Positions 10,940 through 22,400 of a stretch of DNA of 64,000 nt are shown here, one piece after another. Below the pieces are notes generated by a model. It saw only the letters and a list, made by a program, of their open reading frames with translations, had not been told where the DNA came from and did not search any database. This stretch comes from Andalucia godoyi And28 (taxonomy: Eukaryota > Protista > Jakobida). The translations under genes were made by a program, and so were the position numbers. Location of the stretch: the NCBI GenBank assembly GCA_009859145.1, contig VRVR01000006.1:1-64000 (forward strand), given 5' to 3'. How positions within the stretch are numbered: position 1 is the stretch's first letter; each line of letters starts with the position of its first letter.

Positions 10940-11361
10940 GTTTTTCTTTGTTTTTTTTTCCTATTCCTCTCCCCGCTCTTCAAAGGGCTCTACACAAGAA
11001 GATGCGGAACTCACTGCACTCGCTGGGAAATGTAGATCCTTTTGTCGGAGGGGGGTGGATACTTGAGCCCTCTTGGAAGCGTCGGTAGCAAAATTGTTGC
11101 TGTTATTATTAAAAAAATGGCCCCAGTCGGAAAGGGTCGACGGTCCCAAACGCGGAAAAAGAAAATCACTACCAAAACGGGAATGACGAAAGGTGAGTCC
11201 GCTGAAAGCTTTCAGAGTTGCTTTTTCTTTCGCCAGGCCCTGGAAGATTTGGATTTATTAACTATTTATATGTATTATTATTGTTATTATTATTTATTAA
11301 TTAATTTATTTCGCTGTTATTGTGATTTCCTTTTTTTTGAGAGCTTCTTTTCTAATCCAAA

Positions 11362-12630
11362 ATGTTCCGCAATCTTCTTGTTTCGTCCAGCATTCGACGA
11401 TCTTTGCTGTTTCAGCATCATCAGCAACAAAGACAACAATTACGGCAATTACGACGACAACAACAACGGGCATTTCATTGCTCTCCGGTGCTGCTCGCAA
11501 AACGTAAAACGGCGGATGCATCGATCTCCGCGTCTCCTGCACAAAGCATCGCAGAAGATTCCGTGGTTTCCAACAAAAGATCTGCAATGAGTCAAGCGTT
11601 GAAATCGCTGGAGAGCTCCTTTGGGAAAGGCGCCATTATGCGCATGGGAGATTCCGAGTCGTCCAAACGACTGCTTGGTAAGCATCCGTGCGTATCCACT
11701 GGATCGCTGGGGCTTGACACTGTCCTGGGAATTGGAGGCCTTGCTCGAGGGAGGATTGTTGAAATATACGGTCCTGAAATGAGCGGCAAGACGACTCTTG
11801 CTCTTCAGGTGGTTGCCGAAGCTCAAAAGGCCGGCGGCACGTGCGTGTTCATCGATGCGGAGCATGCGCTGGACTCCGCGTATGCACGGTCCATCGGCGT
11901 AAATGTAGATGATTTGTACTTGTCCCAGCCCGATTCTGGAGAACAGGCGCTGGAAATCGTCGACACGCTGGCACGATCGGGTGCACCAGATGTGATTGTT
12001 GTAGACTCTGTTGCAGCACTGGTTCCTCGAGCAGAGATTGAAGGGGACATCGGGGACATGCAAATTGGCCTGCAGGCGCGTTTGATGTCGCATGCGCTGC
12101 GCAAGCTTGCGGGTACGATCGCAAGGACGCAGACTGTCCTTATTTTTATCAACCAGTTGCGAATGAAAGTGGGAATCATGTTTGGGAATCCAGAGACAAC
12201 ACCAGGTGGCACAGCCTTGAAATACTATGCATCGCAGCGGTTGGAAATTCGACGTGAATCGCAAATGAAGAAAGGCGATGTGATAGTGGGAAATATTGTG
12301 AAGGTCAAAGTATCGAAGAATAAGCTGGCGCCTCCGTTTCGGACTGCCTCTTTTGAACTAGAATTCGGGAAGGGTATCAACAAGTACGCCGAGGCGATCG
12401 ATCTGGGCGTCGCCAACGGGCTTGTAGAGCGGCAAGGCGCTTGGTTTCAATATGGAGAACACAAATTAGGGCAAGGAAAAGAAAAGGCAAAATCCTATCT
12501 TGTGGAGCATCCTGCAGTTTATGACGAACTATATTCGAGATTGCGGACAGCGATGCTGGAGGCCGAGACAACGGCGGTGGCGACGGACACGGAAATATCA
12601 GACTTGGAGGATGCAAAGGACGTTGCATGA
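11362..12630 (+). CDS. recA: Bacterial-type RecA with N-terminal organellar (probably mitochondrial) presequence
   Basis: [54 protein letters not shown] and [10 protein letters not shown]. The first ~45 residues are Arg/Ser/Gln-rich and contain no acidic residues. Confidence 0.95.
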   Translation: MFRNLLVSSSIRRSLLFQHHQQQRQQLRQLRRQQQRAFHCSPVLLAKRKTADASISASPAQSIAEDSVVSNKRSAMSQALKSLESSFGKGAIMRMGDSESSKRLLGKHPCVSTGSLGLDTVLGIGGLARGRIVEIYGPEMSGKTTLALQVVAEAQKAGGTCVFIDAEHALDSAYARSIGVNVDDLYLSQPDSGEQALEIVDTLARSGAPDVIVVDSVAALVPRAEIEGDIGDMQIGLQARLMSHALRKLAGTIARTQTVLIFINQLRMKVGIMFGNPETTPGGTALKYYASQRLEIRRESQMKKGDVIVGNIVKVKVSKNKLAPPFRTASFELEFGKGINKYAEAIDLGVANGLVERQGAWFQYGEHKLGQGKEKAKSYLVEHPAVYDELYSRLRTAMLEAETTAVATDTEISDLEDAKDVA

Positions 12631-12711
12631 GGTCGCACGCGTAGTATTATTGTTACGGCTCTGTTGCCATGGAGAGAGCAGCAACAAACAAAAAACAAAA
12701 CAAAAAAACCT

Positions 12712-15700
12712 TTAACAGCGCTGTTTTCTCGGTTCGATGAGCCACCAGTCCTCCAGAGTCCTGCCCCCAGTGGCCTTGTTTGACGATAAGTCTCTTTCCA
12801 GCAGGATGTCCGTAAAGTGAATCGGTGCGCTATCAAACTCTTCTTGCACGGAGTTTCGGATTTGTGCAGTGACTGCGATCGCATTGGGAGGGACTTTTGA
12901 AAGCAAATTCTCTGATTGCGTAACGGATCGACCAAACACATCCATGCCGAATTTCTTCGTTCCTCGAACAAACACTGACAGGGAACTTTGAAGTACGGTG
13001 CACGAAATATGCATTGGGACCTCTTGCAAATGGCAAAAGTTCAGGCAGTCGTCCATCAGTCGACATGCAAGCAAGGCAAGAGAAATTCCATGAGCTGACT
13101 GCTCTGTTGGCAAATTCGGGATGGCAAAGGCTGGAACATGCTCCGTTGCCAAGCCGACCACACAGTACCGCCCATAAAACCGCTTTGCAATAATGAAACC
13201 GCACGCATCGCATTTTGAGGCCAAAAAGTCATCGAAGGACGCAAGGGCCTTACACGTCCAGGAAGGTCCGAAGCGTCCAATGAAGTCATCCACTCCGTCG
13301 ATACTGATCCAAGCAACAATGCTGTCGACGGTGCGAAATCCGACTGATGAAATCCGAAAATCATCCAGTGGGATAACTGCCTTCGGCAGATTCGTCTGTC
13401 CACGGACAGCTGACTTGCATTGCATAACCTCGCTCCCCATGACGGAAGCTTCCGGAGCGACGTCGCTTCGAAGCTGCAAAAAGAACTTTGAAATACATTC
13501 ATCGAGAATCGTGCGTGCACGAAAATCCCAAGATCGTCTCTCCATTCGGGATAGATTCTCAAGGCGGGTGAGATTCATGATGCGAGGGAAATTGAGGGTC
13601 ATGAAATCGCAGAATCGCAGACCAAAAACGCACATGAGAAACACGGAGCCGATGATGAATAGCAACGCAGGAAACCCAAAGAAAAGCGCGCCATTCACAA
13701 TGACAAATGCCAGCTGCAGCACAAAAAACCCTTCCAGCAAATAAGGACCTCTTCTAATGGGAAGAGAACAAATAGGTAGAATGACCATGTAACTGGAAGA
13801 AAACAAAAAATTGAAGAAAGATGACCGAAACAGCAAAGATGTCGAGACAGGAATCAAAGAACATGCTAACCAGACTCCAATCCAAAAATTTTGTCGAACG
13901 ACAGGAATCGGCAAGAATACAGACAAGACGGAACCCGCAGCGACACACTGCAAAGTCATGGCGATCACCAAACCTTTCTCCTCAATATGCAGGATAGGAG
14001 TCCAGCACATCAAGAATGCCAAGAACACGAGAAGAGCCAGAACAGGAAGGAATACGTACACCGGAAAATCATGAACTGAAAACGACACCACCGCAGAGTT
14101 GTTCATCGACGCCGAAGGAACATTTCCGTTGATGGGGTGCTTCAAGAAGTCAATGAACTTCAGATTGTGGGACCGCGTGGGGACGTTACTTCCGACATCT
14201 GAAGGGACCCGATGCAATCCAGACTCTTCATCCAGCAATCGCGAAACAGCATCTGAAGCCAAACGAGTTGACGACTTGCCGTGCGGGAGACTGGAGAGCA
14301 CCGATGTCGCATTCGATGCGGAGGAGCGGTGGCTGCAGAAGCCGTCGCTGATGTCACGCTCCTCGGCACGCGACCTCGGAGATTTCTTCGACTGGTGTAT
14401 CAACAGATGTCCTTGCGTTGCCGATCCCGACTGCAACCCGTTTCCGAGCGACGACCATGAAATATCCGCTTCCGATAGCTCCGAAGAAGATGTTCTTGAA
14501 CAAGCAGCGTGGCTGGACGCATTTCCGACACTGCGACTACGATTTGACGATGCCATCGACTCTGTTTCTCCCTCGTCCGAAAGCCCCACGCCAATCACAG
14601 CCGTCCGCTCGATGTTGACGAGATCATACGAAAACTGGGGAGACGCTTGGCGGAAGGGGCTTGGGTCCGCCCGGTCGAATTTGAGCTTCCGCAATGCCGG
14701 AAACGGTCGTCGAGCGCTTTGGTCCAGTCCATCGCCTTTGCGGGCACTGGATTCGGCAACGGGTTGCTTTTCAGCACTTCTGGAGTGCTTCAAATGGGAC
14801 GACTCGAGAACGCCGCCCGAGGACGCGGAGCGAAACAGATTCAACGGAGAATGCCGTGGGATGGGGCTCTCGAACACATCGCGAACGATCTCGGACATGG
14901 AAATGCCGTCACTTACGGGGGGGAAAGGACGTGGCGAAGATCGAAAAATCACGACGCTCGATCCGACATCATTCGGGACATTCAGTGCCTGTTCCTGTCG
15001 GTAGAGTGCACCGTGCTCCGGGATGTCGGATCCGGGAACGAAAAACGGAGTTGGAAATGAGAGTGTCACGGCAGGAGTGGAGACATCCTTCGCCGCAAGC
15101 AGGCAGCGATATCGTGAATCTCTCGTGTCAGAAAACTCAAAAAGATGCTTGCACGACTCATACACTGCAGAGTTAACTCCCACGGCGTTCTTCTCTACGC
15201 CACGAGACAGAATCATCGCCTCCTTCACCGATGACCCGAAAATCTCGTAAGACAGTGTTTTTCGTCCGTTGACAATTCCTGAAGTGATGGGCCCACACGC
15301 AAGTCCTACTCGAGTGGTCATCTGCTGACTGAAACGAGCATTGATCTGGCGCACCACCTCACTTACTTTCAATGCTAGCGCTGCACACTGTGGAGGGCGC
15401 TCATCCGAGAAAGCATTGTGATGATGCCCCTTGCAACCATCGTCAGTGGAGAAACATCCAGGTTTCGTATCGTGCGACGAAAGAATATGCGAATCTGATG
15501 ATTCGCCCAAAGAACACGAAGGATCGTCAAGACACGCAAACAAGTACGTATTTTGAGAACTTGCGCTGGGCTTCCACCGTTCCAAATTAATTCTGGAACC
15601 TAGAGAGTCCAGAGCAACGATGAACTGCGAAAGGGCAGTTGCGAGTGGCGCCTCGAAACCGGAAGCATCGTGAGTCGCAATGTCTACGTCTATTCCAATG

Positions 15701-16728
15701 TCTAAACACACCGCCAAGATTATCCCCCATCCCTCTGACACGGAGACGGCATCCGCAATCGACTGGGGCATCATTCGAGGTCCCTTTGTAGGTTGCGGAG
15801 ACGTTTCGTCTTGCACACTTTTCGCCGCAAATCCACCGTCAACTGCAGCGTCGTTGATGGCAGCAATTGGCTCTTCGGCCCAAATCGAAGAGGTATCCTC
15901 AAAAGCGGAATTTGGATCGCATTCATCGACGAATGACGCATGATCCCTTTCTAACCACATTTTGAAAATGGTGCTGGCCGTTTCTCGAGGAAACAGATTT
16001 CCGAGCGTGGTGCGGCAAATCTCTTTCAACTGCGACGTGCGAGAATAGGACACGTCGCATGCGGCCATGGAGGAGAAGATGCACGAAAGAGGAACTTGCA
16101 AGCCCACAATGACGAAACATGAGCAAATGACGGCTATCGTACCCAAGGTGCTGACAAACGTGAATGTTGCATATTCGTCACACGTCTGGAACAAAAAGAT
16201 GTACATCCATCCAAACAATATACCAAACAAGGATAGTATATGTGGCAGTACATGAAGGAGCGTGGAACGAAGCTTCAGCAAAAGCGTGGACGAACCGAGA
16301 AGAAAGCAGAACGGAAAGGCGTACACTTTCGATCCCTTGATGGACAACACAGAGAGCATGGCTTCTGCAAACAACATCAGCCCCAACGTTGCTGCAACGA
16401 GCCGCTCGACAACAAGCGGTCGATCACGGTTCCAAACCAACGGAGCATTCAGAAGCACGTTTAACAACAGCAACAATGGCGAGCACATAATGCTTCGAAG
16501 AACCAGCGACGGCCAGTTTAATCCCAATCTGTGATCCAGTCCGGCGAAACACGCAAACAGACATGAAAGCACTGCCACGCAAAATCGCAAATTGCGGATG
16601 TTCTTGCCGTACAGGAACTCAATCTGGGCTTGTTGGACTTCCTCTGAATACCACCTGTGTTTCCGGGAAAAGAGATTGGACAATGTTGATCGCATGTTCA
16701 CGCTGATTGTGCTCATGCTTCTGCTCAT
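12712..16728 (-). CDS. Membrane protein with two TM clusters and two degenerate class III nucleotide cyclase domains
   Basis: Cyclase-like segments RVGLACGPITSGIVNGRKTLSYEIFGSSVKEA and VRGTKKFGMDVFGRSVTQSENL, each following a multi-TM block. The first in-frame ATG is 16728; the ORF track start at 16824 is GTG, so a 5' exon is possible. Confidence 0.7.
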   Translation of the reverse strand: MSRSMSTISVNMRSTLSNLFSRKHRWYSEEVQQAQIEFLYGKNIRNLRFCVAVLSCLFACFAGLDHRLGLNWPSLVLRSIMCSPLLLLLNVLLNAPLVWNRDRPLVVERLVAATLGLMLFAEAMLSVLSIKGSKVYAFPFCFLLGSSTLLLKLRSTLLHVLPHILSLFGILFGWMYIFLFQTCDEYATFTFVSTLGTIAVICSCFVIVGLQVPLSCIFSSMAACDVSYSRTSQLKEICRTTLGNLFPRETASTIFKMWLERDHASFVDECDPNSAFEDTSSIWAEEPIAAINDAAVDGGFAAKSVQDETSPQPTKGPRMMPQSIADAVSVSEGWGIILAVCLDIGIDVDIATHDASGFEAPLATALSQFIVALDSLGSRINLERWKPSASSQNTYLFACLDDPSCSLGESSDSHILSSHDTKPGCFSTDDGCKGHHHNAFSDERPPQCAALALKVSEVVRQINARFSQQMTTRVGLACGPITSGIVNGRKTLSYEIFGSSVKEAMILSRGVEKNAVGVNSAVYESCKHLFEFSDTRDSRYRCLLAAKDVSTPAVTLSFPTPFFVPGSDIPEHGALYRQEQALNVPNDVGSSVVIFRSSPRPFPPVSDGISMSEIVRDVFESPIPRHSPLNLFRSASSGGVLESSHLKHSRSAEKQPVAESSARKGDGLDQSARRPFPALRKLKFDRADPSPFRQASPQFSYDLVNIERTAVIGVGLSDEGETESMASSNRSRSVGNASSHAACSRTSSSELSEADISWSSLGNGLQSGSATQGHLLIHQSKKSPRSRAEERDISDGFCSHRSSASNATSVLSSLPHGKSSTRLASDAVSRLLDEESGLHRVPSDVGSNVPTRSHNLKFIDFLKHPINGNVPSASMNNSAVVSFSVHDFPVYVFLPVLALLVFLAFLMCWTPILHIEEKGLVIAMTLQCVAAGSVLSVFLPIPVVRQNFWIGVWLACSLIPVSTSLLFRSSFFNFLFSSSYMVILPICSLPIRRGPYLLEGFFVLQLAFVIVNGALFFGFPALLFIIGSVFLMCVFGLRFCDFMTLNFPRIMNLTRLENLSRMERRSWDFRARTILDECISKFFLQLRSDVAPEASVMGSEVMQCKSAVRGQTNLPKAVIPLDDFRISSVGFRTVDSIVAWISIDGVDDFIGRFGPSWTCKALASFDDFLASKCDACGFIIAKRFYGRYCVVGLATEHVPAFAIPNLPTEQSAHGISLALLACRLMDDCLNFCHLQEVPMHISCTVLQSSLSVFVRGTKKFGMDVFGRSVTQSENLLSKVPPNAIAVTAQIRNSVQEEFDSAPIHFTDILLERDLSSNKATGGRTLEDWWLIEPRKQRC

Positions 16729-16953
16729 GTGTAAAGAATCCTCGCAGAACTGGGGAGGGGGGGAGGAAACGAGTTCTATAACAGCTGTGCACTGTGAGGA
16801 TCCGCTGTCTTCGAGATGTTGCACGTTCCTTCTATTAGCGCTGCCGGCTGATCTGCTGTTATTTCAGTATTATTATATGCTACTCTTCTTCTTCCTCTTC
16901 TTCTTTTACAAGAAAACTCGTTGTGAAAAGGCAAGCCGGGGGCGTTTGGATTT

Positions 16954-17421
16954 TCAGGAAGCATGTCGCAAGACTGCTTCTGCTCGTGCATTCCGAGTTG
17001 AGCGATCATTTGATCGTTGCTGCAAGCATATCTGCTCATGCGCACCACAATCATGCGAGCACATTTTAATCCCGTCGCCCGTCATTCGCCACGCGCCCCC
17101 AATCAATTCTTTTATTAATCGACTCACCGCGCAATGGACCCAACGAGTGTCGCCCACGAGCGCCATGCCCCCTCCCGCAAAGATGCCCCAGCTCTGACCG
17201 AGTTTCATACGCCACACAACTGGCCGAAATGTTGGATCCCTGTGGATCCCGTTCACCTTTCTCTCCACGCCCAGAGCAGCAAGGAGTGCCTTTGCGCAGG
17301 ACCGGGGCTTACCAGTGGCGTCATGCGATTTGCGACACGAGGCTTCCAAAATGCAATCACCACCACTGTCTGCTGTAGTAGCATGATAAGGGGCTGCGGG
17401 CCCGTTCTCCAAAGTCGTCAT
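16954..17421 (-). CDS. Hypothetical protein (or a 5' exon of the downstream cyclase-like gene)
   Basis: ATG-initiated 155-aa ORF with no recognised motif. Confidence 0.25.
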   Translation of the reverse strand: MTTLENGPAAPYHATTADSGGDCILEASCRKSHDATGKPRSCAKALLAALGVERKVNGIHRDPTFRPVVWRMKLGQSWGIFAGGGMALVGDTRWVHCAVSRLIKELIGGAWRMTGDGIKMCSHDCGAHEQICLQQRSNDRSTRNARAEAVLRHAS

Positions 17422-18078
17422 TGTTGATGGGCACTGAACTCCGACGAGTCCGAAAACAATCCATCAAAAATGGAATCTCGAGTGTCGGAGCAAAAAACCA
17501 GTTCAACGCTGCCAAGAAATCTTTTCCCACGAAATTGAGCTCCGTCAAAAAGCAGAAAAAGATACAAAAGCCCACAGCCCGTTACGACTCTCTTCCTCCT
17601 CCTCTTATATCTCCTCTTCTGTTGTTCGCTGCTTTTTTACTTTTTCTGCTTTAGCGTCTCATCTTCTCATCTTCGCCTCCTTTCATTTTTTTACCCTGGC
17701 CTCCCGGAACCCTTGCTTTGCCTACTTCTTCTCAAACACACACTCGCACCTCGCACCCTCTCTTTCTCTGCGTGTCTGTGTCTGTGCCTGTGTGTGTGTG
17801 TGTCTGTCTTTCTTTTGCTGAAATCGACGTATTTATCTCTGCACTCTCCCTTGTGTCCCGCTGCACTAGCCCTTTCCATTCCCTGGTGGCTTCTCATTTT
17901 TTCAGTTATTTTATTTTTTGAAGTTTCGGTCTCCATCAGCTCAAGCTTGCCCCTCCCTCTCCCTCCTCTCTTCTTCTCTCTTTTGTGACTCCTGTGTTTC
18001 CAATCTGATAAGCAACGGTCTGCAATTCCAGCACAGGAGAATCCAAAATCCGAAGATCAGTACTGACAGCCAGAACAA

Positions 18079-19095
18079 ATGCTTCTTCAGAAAGTTCGTG
18101 ATTTCGTGGTTCCTGCGTTGTACCGCGGTTGGCACGCCGACCTGAAGTTCCGTGTCGTGCAGCCCTTTCATCATCCCCCGCAAGTGCTGTCCGTGCACAA
18201 GGCGCTCTTCCCGCGCTATGTTCTTCAGCCGGTGAAGTCAGTGTCGATCCTTCCTCAACACTACAACTCCCATCCTTTCGCGGTGCGCTGCTCGGTGTAC
18301 TATGCATACCATGGAGTACATGAAATTGCAACGGACAGTGCCGGTCTTCCTGCTGCACTCGCTACTGCATTGTGTGACTCCATGGAATTTTCTTCGCTGC
18401 TGGGGACATTGCAGATGGCAAAGTCGTTTGCGTTCTCTCGTCTGGAGCACGCCTGCTTGAGTGCGGCGGCAGCTGTTGATCCCGCTGACGTCGATAAGAT
18501 GATGGTGATTGCGCGCGAAGCGTTTGGACATACCACTGCAAATGGGATGAAGGCTGGAACACAGGATGAAGAGTTTGCAGAGTGCAGGAGACAGGTTGCA
18601 GGGGTTTCAGACTGGGTCCGCATTGCGGTCGAAGGGGATCACGAGGTGTTGAAAGGCAACGCATCGTCGTTCCTAGGTCGGATTGTGGACAGGATCATTG
18701 TTGGCACCGCTGACAAGCTGGACGTAGCCGTGCTTCGACAGATTCCGTATACACTGGTGGCTGCGGTTTGCAAGGACCGGCCGGCAGATCATCTGGTTTC
18801 GATTCTGAGAACGATGCTGTCCATTTCTGCAGGCACATCACAGAATGAAGAGTACATCATCCGCCAGATACTCACGCCCATTCGAGACAATTTGATGACT
18901 CTGTCGCAGACAGAACAATGCAGACTGGAGGAAGTCCTCGGAAGTCGACTCTGGTTTGAAATTCTCGACAACCGCACATTTTCGGATGAATCGGATTCCT
19001 TTTTTACTGGGTTTCCGGGGCGGCAAACGTCCTCCCATGTGGTTGGTGACGAGGAACCGCCTTTGATGAATAGTCAAGGCGTCTCGGCGTGCTGA
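18079..19095 (+). CDS. Probable BTB/POZ(-BACK) domain protein
   Basis: HADLKFRV...VLSVHKALF resembles a BTB start. LLGTLQMAKSFAFSRLEHACLS resembles the BTB C-terminal helices. Confidence 0.55.
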   Translation: MLLQKVRDFVVPALYRGWHADLKFRVVQPFHHPPQVLSVHKALFPRYVLQPVKSVSILPQHYNSHPFAVRCSVYYAYHGVHEIATDSAGLPAALATALCDSMEFSSLLGTLQMAKSFAFSRLEHACLSAAAAVDPADVDKMMVIAREAFGHTTANGMKAGTQDEEFAECRRQVAGVSDWVRIAVEGDHEVLKGNASSFLGRIVDRIIVGTADKLDVAVLRQIPYTLVAAVCKDRPADHLVSILRTMLSISAGTSQNEEYIIRQILTPIRDNLMTLSQTEQCRLEEVLGSRLWFEILDNRTFSDESDSFFTGFPGRQTSSHVVGDEEPPLMNSQGVSAC

Positions 19096-19406
19096 TGACA
19101 GCATTTCTCTTTCTTTTTTTTATTCACATCCGTTCGCTCTCTTAATCGTTATTATGCTGTTATCACGCAATTTTTCTCACATGTTTTTCCCGCGCACAAA
19201 CGTTGACAATGCGGTTTCTTGTTTTTGTACTATTGTGGTTTTGGTTTGTTTTGCGCGGGCTTCTGGTTGCGTGGTTGTCGTTTGCAATTGTTATTGTTGA
19301 CATGTGATGTACATTTGTTCTTTATTGACCATGCGTCAATGCTCATCGGTTTACCATGTTTCTTTCTTTTTTTTAAAATAATTAAAAATAATGAAGAAAA
19401 AGGGCA

Positions 19407-22400
19407 TCATTCCGTGACCACATGCAGTTTCAGAGTGTGCCTATGAGCTCCTGCTTTGATCCTCAGGGTTCCAGAAAACGTTCGCGCAGCATTCCGCTGT
19501 TCAGTAGTCTCCGAGCGGGACAAGGAAAGAGACGAGGAGGACTCTGTTGTCGGCGTCTCGGGTCTTGGAAGATCCACCCCAACAACCAGATCGTACGTCG
19601 AATCGGGCTGCAGAACGCCGGACTCGCAAACAGAGAATCGGGCATCATCGACAGACGCATGCCATTCCACCGGGTGGTCCGACACGTTTGTCAGCAGAAC
19701 AGTCTCCGTCGAAGATTTGGAAGGGAAGAAATACACGGGTTTGTCTTGCAAATGCAACGGTGAATTCCAACCATCTCCGTACAGCGTCAGGGAACAGGTC
19801 GCTGTCGCATCGGAGGTCATCACCGACATTGATCGAAAGACATTGCCTTCTTTCTCTGGAATAAACTTGATGGGGAGCAACACATAGGAGCGAGGACGCA
19901 CAACAAATTCACGGTGCTTAACGTGAAATGGCGGTGCAGGAATCTGAACGATCACTTTCATCGGCTCCATCGCGCCATTGCACACCGAGACTTTGCGCAT
20001 TCTTGCAACACCAACTTCGGTCATTGGGAAAACGACAACGTCTTCTCGAAGGTACAGTCCCTTTCGATTTTTGGATGAACACGCTTCCACAGCTGCAAAA
20101 GCGTCGCCAGAGGCAGAGGCAGAGGCAGCGGCAGCGGAAGCTCGTGCATTGGAGGACGACGTGGAATGCGATTGCGACGCACCATTCAAGGAAGACTTGC
20201 GAGCAGTGCTTGACAAGACATTGGAAGACGAGTTTTTGGACATCATGGCGGCGGTAGAGCCGCTTCCTTTCATCTCGATTCTCCAGTCACGCTCTGCGGA
20301 GACGACTGCATTGCTGCCTCCTTCCGTGGACAACCATTGCTTCACGGGCGTGGGAGTCGGTGGAACATCTGATCGAGGAACCCCATGCACTGCAGGATTG
20401 GCGTGTAGAGGAAGAGGGGTTTCAGGAACAGCTGGACGGCCGAGCAAAACGGAGGAATCGTGGCCAAGAGGCTCCACAACGGAGAAGAAGATGGACACTG
20501 TTTGAGCTTCATTCACCTTGAATTTCAAAATGTGAGATCCTGGTATAAGTGCAAACACATGCACAGGAACGTACACCGACATTCCTGGACGAATGCGCCC
20601 GTCACGATACGCCGCAGGAATCTGGAAAAGTGCATCGGAGTTTGTTGGCGACTGCAGATGGGCGATTTGGAAAACAGATTCTCTCGTATTGCTACGGTTC
20701 AACAACTGCAAATCGATCTGCTGTTCGGAACCGAGTGGAAGGTCAGACAACACAACGTTGTCGTTCACTGCGACCACATCATTCAGAATGAGGCCCCGGT
20801 CAACGTCCTTTGCCGTCTCCTGCTGCTGTGCGCTCTCGCGCTCCGGTATGGAGGCTGCTACTGTCTGCTGTTTGCTGACCGACTGTTTTGCGGGAGAGGA
20901 CTTTGGCGACGGGTCTTTGGCCGAATTCCCAAGAACCACGCAGATTCGCTCCGCGCGGTCCTGCGCCGCCACCCTGACGTACTGCGGTTTGTCGGAAAAC
21001 CCCACAGCCTTGACAACCAGTCTAACGTCACTGTACGGTGCTACAATGCCTCGTGACGGTTTCACCTCCAACACCGTTGGGACGGTTTCAACAGAAAAGT
21101 CGACAGGCCGACTCGTAGGATTAGCAAGCAAGACGGTTGCAGCATCAAAAATGCGGAACAGTCGAATTTCCGCTGGTGCGATCATCCATGATGCGGCAGA
21201 CAAGCCGATCGCGTGGCCAACGGACACTGCACCCGCTTTCACAGCTGCTTCCGCAGGCGGTGCCACTCCGGGAGTCTTCGAAAACGGCTGTGAGGACAGC
21301 AGGTTTGCATACGCCTGTTTGGGCAAAATCGACCCAACCAGCGCAAATCGATACGTTTTCCGGCTATTCATGAACACTTCCTCGTCGAAGAAGTCATCAA
21401 ACCTGTACTCTTCTCCTTCAAAAATGAGTGGCATTTCTGCAGCGTTGGATCCTAAGAAAGTATCATCGAATTCGTCAAACACCGGTTTGTCCCCAAGACG
21501 CAGTCGCTGAATTTTGGACAGTCTTCTACGCTGCCGAACCAGCTCATCGCCCCACACGAGCACGACAGAATACATGAAGTCCCGGAATCTTGGTTCTTCC
21601 GAATCACCAGACAGCGGCTTGAACTCCAACGTCAGATCGCAAGACGACTTTGCCGGAATCACAAACGACGTCGGAGAACAGGAAAACCGAGTTCCTGCTT
21701 CAATCGATGCAACATGGACAAATGCCGATCGATCACCATCATTCCGCAAGCCAAAGGACCGTTTTTGCACTGCATCCTCGGGAATCACGCTCAATTGCAT
21801 AACTCCGGAGGGTGCTCTGTGATCCATGAGAACCTCGGATGTCCCCGAATATGCGATCAGGGGAACCTTGTACTGGGAACCCCAGGCAGACTCCAGAATC
21901 AAGCAACCCCGGTACTGGTCAACGTTGCGTGAAGCAAAGCGCAGCAACAGAGAGATCTCCGATTTTCCGTCAATGATAACCGTGCTTCGTGGTTTCACCA
22001 AAGTGAAGACGCTTTCCGACGCCCTGGCCGATTCAGGAATACCCGACGCCGCCGAATCGTCGGCAAATCCTGCTGCCCTTTCTAGCTTCTTCAGTGCATC
22101 AATCGCCTCAACATCCTTATCGAAAAGGTGGACTCTCAAGTAACATTTGTCCGAGCCGTTGTTGCGAACAACGAGATGGCTCTCTGCAAAGCCATCCACT
22201 GGAATGCCACCGAAATTCACAATGGGTCGATCGCACACCAAAAGAGGAACTTCTTCCGCATGCCCCGCGAGTGGAATGCGGTACTGCGACCCAGGACATG
22301 AAAGCGACAAAAACGCATCAGACCTTCCGGGCTCTTTCGCTCGGAACACAACAGCGATCTTCTTCGTCTCATTGGGTGCAAGCGAAAACGACCTTTGGTC

